Below, in pieces: positions 10,375-18,330 of a stretch of 64,000 nucleotides of DNA. The notes under the pieces are model-generated. The model saw nothing but the letters and a program-made list of their open reading frames with translations, made no database searches and was not told the DNA's origin. The DNA lies in the NCBI GenBank assembly GCA_965222075.1, contig OZ244937.1, positions 32,001 to 96,000 of the forward strand, in the 5' to 3' direction. Position 1 is the first letter of the stretch. Every line of letters begins with the position of its first letter. The translations under genes were made by a program, and so were the position numbers. This DNA comes from Candidatus Latescibacterota bacterium. GTDB lineage: Bacteria > Latescibacterota > UBA2968 > GCA-2709665.

Positions 10375-12194
10375 TGAAAAGTAGGATTCAGGAGGTTGAG
10401 ACGCCGATACTCGTGCTGCTGCGGCGGTGGGCAGGGGCGCCGTTTAACCCGTATCTGGAGGAGATCCTCCAGATGGAGGGGTATTTCTGCTACCGGGTGG
10501 AGGATGTGACGGACCGGGCGATTGACGATGGGGTGCTGGGTGACGCGTCTGTGGCGGTGCTGACGCGGATGGAACTGTCGGCGGCGGAGATGGAGGCGCT
10601 GGGGCGGTATGTGGATCGGGGGGGACGGCTGGTTGCGTTTCGGCCGCCTGCGGCGCTGGCCGGGCTGTTTGGGTGCAGCGAGGTGAGGGGGGTGGAAGAT
10701 GTGTATAGTCTGGCGTGCGAGGGGTTTGTGGTGGTGGATCGGGAGCATCCTGCGACGAGCGGATTTCCGGAGAGCGGGATGCAGTTTCGTGGGGATGCGG
10801 AGCTTTATATGCCGGAGGAGGCGAATCGGATTGCGTCATTTTGCACGGAGCCGGAGGGTTTGCTGCCGTTTGCGGGTGTGTCGTTGTGGTATCGGGGCAG
10901 GGGTGCGACGGCGTTGTTTGCGTATGATCTTGTGGAGACGGTGGTGCGGTTGCATCAGGGGAATCCGGAGCAGGCGTCCAACGGGAGCCGGCCGGATGCG
11001 GACCGGGACAATATGTTCAAGCCGAACGATTTCTACGTTGGAGAGACGGATCCCCGGATGAAGCTGGTGCCTCAGGCGGATTTGCATCAGGATCTTTTGG
11101 TGCGTGTGTTGCGTTTTTTGACGGACGATGGGTTGCCGTTGCTTCGGGTGTGGCACTATCCTGGGGGGAAGCCTGCGGTGACGTTTTTGAACGGTGACAG
11201 CGACGGGATGGTGGATGGGGATCTGCAGCGGGTGGAGGGTTTGCTGCGTCGGTATGGGGCGTCGTTTACGGTGTATGTGATGGAGGAGCATTTTTCGCTG
11301 TTTTCGCCGGATGCGGTTCCGGATCTGAAGGGGCGGGGGCTGGACTTTGGAATCCACCCGAATTGTGGGAGTTTAACCCCGACGGTGGAACAGATGGGGG
11401 TGCATTTAGAGGCGATGTCGGCGGATTTTGAAGGGCATTTCGGGTATCGGGCGACGAGTACGCGACACGACGCGGCAATCTGTCCGGGATGGACGGAGAC
11501 GTTTGAGACGCTGAGCCGGTTGGGCTACCGGATTGATACGAATCATATGGCGACCCGTTACTTCTACCCGGGGTATCTTTCAGGGAGCGGTCTGCCGTTC
11601 AAGTTTATCGATCGGAACGGCGAGATGGTGGATCTCTACGAGCAGGCGACGACGCTGGTGGATGATCCTGCGATGCATAAGTGGCTTCGGCCGACGTTTT
11701 CGGTGGAGGAGGCGCTGGAGGTGGAACAGAAGGTGTTCGTCGACTGCGTGGAGCGTTACCACACGGTTTTCCACCACTACTTTCATCCGGGCATCCAGAA
11801 GGATAAGAACTGGCACCGATACGGATGCCCGGAGGGGAACTACGCGGCAAAGGCGCTTTACAAGGCGCTGGAGTTGACGCGGGACACCGGGCTGCCGACG
11901 TTTACGGGGGAGGCGTGGGCGGGGTTCAACGACGGGCGGCGGGCGGTGCGGATAAAGATGTTGGATGCGGGCGGCGGGCGCTGTGGGTTCCAGGTGGGGT
12001 CGGCGCGTGACGTGTCAGGGCTGACGTTGATGCTGCCGGGTTGGAGCGATGGGGCGATGCTGTCGTCGGTGAGGGTGGACGGGCAGTGTGTGGAGGTGGC
12101 GTGTGTGGACTGGGAGGGGCTGGCATGGGGGGTGTGGACGATGGACGTGGAGGCGGGAACGGCTTGCAGGGTAGAGGGGACCTATGGGCGATGA
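10374..12194 (+). CDS. ~600-aa deacetylase-like protein (copy 2)
   Basis: ATG overlaps the upstream stop (TGATG). Near-identical to 6585..8393. Confidence 0.6.
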   Translation: MKSRIQEVETPILVLLRRWAGAPFNPYLEEILQMEGYFCYRVEDVTDRAIDDGVLGDASVAVLTRMELSAAEMEALGRYVDRGGRLVAFRPPAALAGLFGCSEVRGVEDVYSLACEGFVVVDREHPATSGFPESGMQFRGDAELYMPEEANRIASFCTEPEGLLPFAGVSLWYRGRGATALFAYDLVETVVRLHQGNPEQASNGSRPDADRDNMFKPNDFYVGETDPRMKLVPQADLHQDLLVRVLRFLTDDGLPLLRVWHYPGGKPAVTFLNGDSDGMVDGDLQRVEGLLRRYGASFTVYVMEEHFSLFSPDAVPDLKGRGLDFGIHPNCGSLTPTVEQMGVHLEAMSADFEGHFGYRATSTRHDAAICPGWTETFETLSRLGYRIDTNHMATRYFYPGYLSGSGLPFKFIDRNGEMVDLYEQATTLVDDPAMHKWLRPTFSVEEALEVEQKVFVDCVERYHTVFHHYFHPGIQKDKNWHRYGCPEGNYAAKALYKALELTRDTGLPTFTGEAWAGFNDGRRAVRIKMLDAGGGRCGFQVGSARDVSGLTLMLPGWSDGAMLSSVRVDGQCVEVACVDWEGLAWGVWTMDVEAGTACRVEGTYGR

Positions 12195-12233
12195 TTGCCT
12201 CTCAAAAACCTTTTTTCGGAGGAGGATCGGAGG

Positions 12234-13121
12234 ATGGCAATGGACATTCTGGAGTCGCTGAAGCAGGGTGTCGTCCTGGGAGATGGGGGATATCTGGAGG
12301 AAGCGAAGTATCGCGGGTACAGCACGCCGAGGGTTATTGTGGAGTTTCCGGATGTCCTGCGGCAGATCCACGTGGATTTCTTCCGGGCAGGCGCGCAGGT
12401 GCTTCAGGCCCTGACGTGGTGGACCACGCGTAGCCTTCTGAAGCGGCAGGGAAAGGCGGACTGGAGCGACCGGCTGGAGGAGATCAACCGGACGGCCGTT
12501 CGGGTGGCCAAGGAGGCCGCCGGCGATGAGGCGCTGGTGGCCGGGTGTGTGGTTCCGTCCTTCAGGTCCGATATTTCGGGGTCACGCGAGGCGATCCAGG
12601 CGGAGTGGGACGAACAGATTGCGGTGATGGCGGAGGCGGGCGTGGATATGCTGATCTGCGAGGCGTTCCTCCGGCTGGACGAGGCCCGGCTGGCCCTGGC
12701 GTGCTGCAAGAAGGCCAGGGTCCCGGCGATGGTCTGGATGAGCATCTTTCCGATGGAGACGATGACGCGGGACGAGGACGGGGTGTCTCCGGCGGAGTGT
12801 GCGCGGGTGCTGGTGGACGAGGGGGCGGACAGCGTGGGAATGAATTGTACGCGTGAGCCACGTGATATGTGGCCGATGGTGCTGGAGATGCGGGAGGCGG
12901 TGGATGTGCCGACCGCTTTCATGCCGGTCGGTCACCGGACGAGTGCTCCCGGCTGGCGGCCGGTCCGGGAAGCTATGATTGTCCCCGGCGTGGAGATGGC
13001 CGAGTATGCTTTGAAGGCGAAGGCAGAGGGGATCAACTTCATCGGTGCTTGCTGCGGCGCCGGGCCCGAGCATATCCGTGCGATGGCGCAGGCGCTGGGT
13101 TGCGAACGGGATCCGATCTGA
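12234..13121 (+). CDS. HMT family protein (#3)
   Basis: RBS ggagg, LGDGGY, GMNC, GACCGAGPEH. Confidence 0.9.
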   Translation: MAMDILESLKQGVVLGDGGYLEEAKYRGYSTPRVIVEFPDVLRQIHVDFFRAGAQVLQALTWWTTRSLLKRQGKADWSDRLEEINRTAVRVAKEAAGDEALVAGCVVPSFRSDISGSREAIQAEWDEQIAVMAEAGVDMLICEAFLRLDEARLALACCKKARVPAMVWMSIFPMETMTRDEDGVSPAECARVLVDEGADSVGMNCTREPRDMWPMVLEMREAVDVPTAFMPVGHRTSAPGWRPVREAMIVPGVEMAEYALKAKAEGINFIGACCGAGPEHIRAMAQALGCERDPI

Positions 13122-14944
13122 TGAAAAGTAGGATTCAGGAGGTTGAGACGCCGATACTCGTGCTGCTGCGGCGGTGGGCAGGGGCGCCGTTTAACCCGTA
13201 TCTGGAGGAGATCCTCCAGATGGAGGGGTATTTCTGCTACCGGGTGGAGGATGTGACGGACCGGGCGATTGACGATGGGGTGCTGGGTGATGCGCCTGTA
13301 GCGGTGCTGACGCGGATGGAACTGTCGGCGGCGGAGATGGAGGCGCTGGGGCGGTATGTGGATCGGGGGGGACGGCTGGTTGCGTTTCGGCCGCCTGCGG
13401 CGCTGGCCGGGCTGTTTGGGTGCAGCGAGGTGAAGGGGGTGCAGGGGGTGTACAGTTTGGCGTGCGAGGGGTTTGTGGTGGTGGATCGGGAGCATCCTGC
13501 GACGAGCGGATTTCCGGAGAGCGGGATGCAGTTTCGTGGGGATGCGGAGCTTTATATGCCGGAGGAGGCGAATCGGATTGCGTCATTTTGCACGGAGCCG
13601 GAGGGTTTGCTGCCGTTTGCGGGGGTAGCACTCTGGTATCGGGGCAGGGGTGCGACGGCGTTGTTTGCGTATGATCTTGTGGAGACGGTGGTGCGGTTGC
13701 ATCAGGGGAATCCGGAGCAGGCGTCCAACGGGAGCCGGCCGGACCGGGATCGGGATTTCAAGTTTACGCAGAGCGATCAATTTGTGGGGGAGACGGATCC
13801 CCGGATGAAGCTGGTGCCTCAGGCGGATTTGCATCAGGATCTTTTGGTGCGTGTGTTGCGTTTTTTGACGGACGATGGGTTGCCGTTGCTTCGGGTGTGG
13901 CACTATCCTGGGGGGAAGCCTGCGGTGACGTTTTTGAACGGTGACAGCGACGGGATGGTGGATGGGGATCTGCAGCGGGTGGAGGGTTTGCTGCGTCGGT
14001 ATGGGGCGTCGTTTACGGTGTATGTGATGGAGGAGCATTTTCCGCTGTTTTCGCCGGATGCGGTTCCGGATCTGAAGGGGCGGGGGCTGGACTTTGGGCC
14101 CCATCCGTTTTGCGGGAGCCGGACTCCCACGGTGGAGCAGATGGGGGTGCACCTGGAGGCGATGTCGGCGGATTTTGAGGGACATTTCGGGTATCGGGCG
14201 ACGAGCACACGACACCACAATGTGATCTGCCCGGGGTGGACGGAGACGTTTGAGACGCTGAGCCGGCTGGGCTACCGGATTGATACGAATCACCTGTCTT
14301 CTCGCTATTTCTACCGCGGGTATCTCTCCGGGAGCGGTCTGCCGTTCAAGTTTATCGATCGGAACGGCGAGATGGTGGATCTCTACGAGCAGGCGACTTT
14401 GCTGGTGGATGACCCTACGGTTCACAAGTATCTGCGGCCGACGGTTTCGGTGGAGGAGGCGCTGGAGCTGGAACAGAAGGTGTTCGTCGACTGCGTGGAG
14501 CGCTACCACACGGTCTTTCACCACTACTTCCATCCGGGCATCCAGAAGGATAAGAACTGGCACCGATACGGATGCCCGGAGGGGAACTACGCGGCAAAGG
14601 CGCTTTACAAGGCACTGGAGTTGACGCGGGACACCGGGCTACCGACGTTTACGGGGGAGGCGTGGGCGGCGTTCAACGACGGGCGGCGGACGGTGCGGAT
14701 AAGGGTGTTGGATGCGGGCGGTGGGCGCTGTGGGTTCGAGGTGGGGTCGGCGCGTGACGTGTCAGGGCTGACGTTGATGCTGCCGGGTTGGAGCGATGGG
14801 GCGATGCTGTCGTCGGTGAGGGTGGACGGGCAGTCTGTAGAGGTCGAATCGGCGGGGTGGGAAGGGCTGGAGTGGGGCGTGTGGACGATGGACGTGGAGG
14901 CGGGGACGGCTTGCAGAGTGGAGGGGACCTATGGGCCGCGTTGA
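13121..14944 (+). CDS. ~600-aa deacetylase-like protein (copy 3)
   Basis: TGATG overlap with HMT #3. Near-identical to copies 1 and 2. Confidence 0.6.
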   Translation: MKSRIQEVETPILVLLRRWAGAPFNPYLEEILQMEGYFCYRVEDVTDRAIDDGVLGDAPVAVLTRMELSAAEMEALGRYVDRGGRLVAFRPPAALAGLFGCSEVKGVQGVYSLACEGFVVVDREHPATSGFPESGMQFRGDAELYMPEEANRIASFCTEPEGLLPFAGVALWYRGRGATALFAYDLVETVVRLHQGNPEQASNGSRPDRDRDFKFTQSDQFVGETDPRMKLVPQADLHQDLLVRVLRFLTDDGLPLLRVWHYPGGKPAVTFLNGDSDGMVDGDLQRVEGLLRRYGASFTVYVMEEHFPLFSPDAVPDLKGRGLDFGPHPFCGSRTPTVEQMGVHLEAMSADFEGHFGYRATSTRHHNVICPGWTETFETLSRLGYRIDTNHLSSRYFYRGYLSGSGLPFKFIDRNGEMVDLYEQATLLVDDPTVHKYLRPTVSVEEALELEQKVFVDCVERYHTVFHHYFHPGIQKDKNWHRYGCPEGNYAAKALYKALELTRDTGLPTFTGEAWAAFNDGRRTVRIRVLDAGGGRCGFEVGSARDVSGLTLMLPGWSDGAMLSSVRVDGQSVEVESAGWEGLEWGVWTMDVEAGTACRVEGTYGPR

Positions 14945-16994
14945 TGAGTGTCTCCAATCCGATAAAACCCGTTCTGCTGTGCCCTCAACCGGCCAGTCCA
15001 CCGACGCTCCTGAAGTTAAACTCTCCCGCGCGGTCACCCCCCGCGCCCTTGCCATCGGCACCCTGCTGATCATCGCGATCGATTTCTGGAATATCCATAC
15101 CGAGACGGTCGCCCGCGCCTCACGGGTCAATATAACCCAGTTTCCCGTCTCTTTTGTCGCGTTTTTCGCGCTCATTGTCCTCGTTGTCAATCCCGTCCTG
15201 ACCGCTTTGCGCCGGAAGTGGGCGCTCACCTCCGGCGAGATGCTTGTTGTCCTTGGCATGGGTCTGATCGGCTCCCTCATCCCTTCCTACGGTCTGACCA
15301 GCATCCTCATCGGCATGCTGGCCACTCCCTTCTACCATGCCTCCCCGGAGAACCAGTGGGACATTTACTTTCTCGATCATATTCCGCTCTGGCTGGCTCC
15401 CCGGAATACGGGCTTCGCCCTCACCTATCTGTTCGAAGGGCTCCCCCCCGGCGCCTCCATCCCCTGGGGGGTCTGGGTGGTTCCCCTGTTCTGGTGGGGC
15501 ACCCTGATCGCAGCAGTTGTGGCGTTCAGCCTGGGCATCGCGGTGATTCTGCGCCGCCAGTGGGCTGAACACGAACGCCTCATCTACCCGCTCCTGAAGC
15601 CTGCCATCGCCCTTACCGAGCAGCCGCATCCTGGCACCTTTTGGGCCAATATTGTGCTTACCCGCCTCTTCTGGGCCGGCTTCGCCCTGGCCCTGGGAAT
15701 CAGCGCCTGGAACTACTTATCTTCTGCGCATTCAGGCATCTTTTCAATGGTTCCCCCCCCCCCTCGCATCCTGTGGCCGGGTCAGTGGTTCTACCTTGAT
15801 CGCTACATGCCTCCGATCTGGACCGTTTTCAACCTCTATACCTTCGGCTTCGGGTATTTCGTCGATCAGGACATTCTCCTCAGCTTCTGGGTCTTCAACC
15901 TGCTGCTGACCGCAGAGGTCGGCCTGTTTCGACGGGTGGGCTACCAGATCGGCGGGGATACCGGCATCCTCGGCTATATCGGCGGAAGCAGCCTCTGGGG
16001 CAACGCCGAGACGGCCTGGCAGTGCTTTGGCGCCCTGGTGTTCCTGGTGCTCGGGGGCCTCTACGTTGCCCGGCGACACTTGGCCGACGTGGTCCGCAAG
16101 GCCCTTCGACCCAGCCACCCCTTAGACGACGCGGGCGAAATGCTCTCGTGCCGAACGGCTGTCCTCTGCGTCATCGGCGGTCTGGCCTACACGCTTTTCT
16201 GGTTTCACGCCGCCGGCCTGGAGTACCAGATGCTTATCCCTTACCTGTTCGCCCTCCTGATCACCTATATCGGCGTTACGCGATTCGTGGCCGAGGGTGG
16301 GGTCCTCTACGCCTTCACTCCCATGAGCCCACAGGAGTTTATGGTGCGCATCAACGGCACCGCCTCCACTACCGCCTCCAGTATGACGTTCCTTACCTTC
16401 TCCTTCATCCTGTGTTCCAACAGGAAAGGGTTTCTCCTGCCGCCCCTGGCCCAGGTGACCCGCCTGGGTGGTCTGCTCCGGGGACCGGGGCGCCGGCTCT
16501 TCGTCGCTGTCGCTCTGGCCATCCTCGTCGCATTCATCGTTTCGATCCTCATGACCCTCTACATGAGCTACACCTACGGCGCCTCCAACTTCCGCGACTA
16601 CCCCCTCACCAGATACCCGCCCAGTCTCTTCGACCGGACACTCACCCTCGTTAAGAGCTACGCAGAGACCGACCCGGAGCACTTTATGTTCCTGGGCATC
16701 GGCGCGGGGGTCATGGCCCTTCTCACCTACCTCCGCTACCGCTTCCCCTGGTGGCCTCTCCACCCCATCGGCCTTCCCATCGCCGGCACCGAAGCCCGCA
16801 CCTCTATCGTGAGCATTATCGTGGTCTGGGGCATCAAATCGGTCCTCCTTTGGGCCGGCGGCGTGGTTCTCTACCGCCGGGCCATCCCCTTTTTTGTCGG
16901 TCTCATCGCGGGTTATTCCATCGCTGCCCTCCTCGGCCATCTGGCCGATCAGATCTGGTTCTCCGGTCAGGGGCATTACATACACGGATGGTGA
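14931..16994 (+). CDS. DUF6785/DUF6784-type polytopic membrane protein (putative transporter) #1
   Basis: Many TM segments. Motifs ASPENQW, ILRRQWAEHERLIYPL, RYRFPWWPLHPIG, GGVVLYRRAIPFFVGL. Start codon uncertain. Confidence 0.78.
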   Translation: MGRVDECLQSDKTRSAVPSTGQSTDAPEVKLSRAVTPRALAIGTLLIIAIDFWNIHTETVARASRVNITQFPVSFVAFFALIVLVVNPVLTALRRKWALTSGEMLVVLGMGLIGSLIPSYGLTSILIGMLATPFYHASPENQWDIYFLDHIPLWLAPRNTGFALTYLFEGLPPGASIPWGVWVVPLFWWGTLIAAVVAFSLGIAVILRRQWAEHERLIYPLLKPAIALTEQPHPGTFWANIVLTRLFWAGFALALGISAWNYLSSAHSGIFSMVPPPPRILWPGQWFYLDRYMPPIWTVFNLYTFGFGYFVDQDILLSFWVFNLLLTAEVGLFRRVGYQIGGDTGILGYIGGSSLWGNAETAWQCFGALVFLVLGGLYVARRHLADVVRKALRPSHPLDDAGEMLSCRTAVLCVIGGLAYTLFWFHAAGLEYQMLIPYLFALLITYIGVTRFVAEGGVLYAFTPMSPQEFMVRINGTASTTASSMTFLTFSFILCSNRKGFLLPPLAQVTRLGGLLRGPGRRLFVAVALAILVAFIVSILMTLYMSYTYGASNFRDYPLTRYPPSLFDRTLTLVKSYAETDPEHFMFLGIGAGVMALLTYLRYRFPWWPLHPIGLPIAGTEARTSIVSIIVVWGIKSVLLWAGGVVLYRRAIPFFVGLIAGYSIAALLGHLADQIWFSGQGHYIHGW

Positions 16995-17105
16995 GGATCA
17001 TAACTTTGAAATACGCCACAGAATCACACGGAATCACACGGAGGGCAGGTGCGGTCTATGGCGGCGGCATTGGGTAAAACACTGCGGAATTAGAAGGGGA
17101 GAGCC

Positions 17106-18293
17106 ATGATCAACGGCAAGTTTGGCGCCGGCATTATCGGATGTGGCGGCGTCTCGTCCAGGCATGCCCAAGCGTATCGGATGTTTTCCGACGACTGCGA
17201 TATTGTTGCTGTTGCGGATGTCAGTGAGGAATCGGCGCGGCGGTTGATGGATCAGTTCAAGGTGGCGCAGTGGTTTCCGAACTGGCGCGACTTGCTGGCA
17301 GATGAACGCATCGATGTGGTGAGTATCTGCACGCCCCACTACCTGCACGCCCCCATGACGATCGCAGCGGCGCAAGCAGGCAAGCACATCATCTGTGAGA
17401 AGCCGATGGCAATGACCGTGGGCGAAGCCCGCGAGATGATCGCTGCATGTAAGGCGCAGAAAGTGAAACTTTCCATCGGTTCCGAACGTTTCAATCCGCG
17501 TCACCGCTTTCTCAAAGAGAGGGTGCTCCCCGAACTGGGAGAGGTGACGTTCAGTTGGCTGGTGGACTTCTACTTCCGCGATGCCGCCTACTACGCCAGC
17601 GGCTCGTGGCGCGGCACGTGGGCGAAGGAGGGCGGCGGCATCTGCGTGAATCAGGCGATTTACACCTGGGACCAGTGGCAGTGGTTCTTAGGTGGAGTGG
17701 AGTACGCCTACGGGTACTGGGCAAATGTCCTCCACCCGACAATCGAGGTCGAGGACATCGCCTACGGTCTGGTGGCGTTCAAAGACGGCTCGTACGGCAA
17801 GGTCTTGGCGACGAGTTGCTGCGACGGAGAGCCGGGCGTTGCAGGGCTGCGTATCCACGCAGAGAACGGTTGCATCTGGGCGGACGATCCGTGGTTTTAT
17901 CAGGTGGATTTCACGCTGGACGACTCCGGATCGGATGCCGCGCTTCGTCAGGCGTTCCAGCAGGCTATTGACCCGGATTACAAGGGCATGCAACACTGCC
18001 AGGTGGCCGACATGCTCGCCGCCATCCGCGAAGAACGCGAGACGCTCGTGCCCGAGGCGACGGAGGCGTTGAAGATCCTCAACGGGATTCATTGGCACGG
18101 GTGGAACCATGTGAGCAGGTTCAAGGCGTGGGCGGAGGAGTTGGGTTTGCCGCCTACCGCAGAGGACGCAAAAGCACAGGGATGGAAGGGCGGCAGGCTG
18201 GCCGCTGAACTGGTAAACATCGTGAAGGCACGCACTCGCACCCTGGAGGCGCCGTTTCTGGTCCCGCAACACGCGAAACCTGAGGACAGTTAA
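17106..18293 (+). CDS. Gfo/Idh/MocA family oxidoreductase
   Basis: GIIGCGGVS, ICTPHYLH, GKHIICEKPMA, WRGTWAKEGGG. Confidence 0.92.
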   Translation: MINGKFGAGIIGCGGVSSRHAQAYRMFSDDCDIVAVADVSEESARRLMDQFKVAQWFPNWRDLLADERIDVVSICTPHYLHAPMTIAAAQAGKHIICEKPMAMTVGEAREMIAACKAQKVKLSIGSERFNPRHRFLKERVLPELGEVTFSWLVDFYFRDAAYYASGSWRGTWAKEGGGICVNQAIYTWDQWQWFLGGVEYAYGYWANVLHPTIEVEDIAYGLVAFKDGSYGKVLATSCCDGEPGVAGLRIHAENGCIWADDPWFYQVDFTLDDSGSDAALRQAFQQAIDPDYKGMQHCQVADMLAAIREERETLVPEATEALKILNGIHWHGWNHVSRFKAWAEELGLPPTAEDAKAQGWKGGRLAAELVNIVKARTRTLEAPFLVPQHAKPEDS

Positions 18294-18330
18294 TTGCAGA
18301 GAGGGGTCAAACCCGCCCTGGAGGTGAACT

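Noticed and set aside
6585-14944. Diversity-generating retroelement explaining the variable patches
   Set aside because: The differences are not adenine-specific and include many synonymous changes. No reverse transcriptase or template repeat is present in the window.
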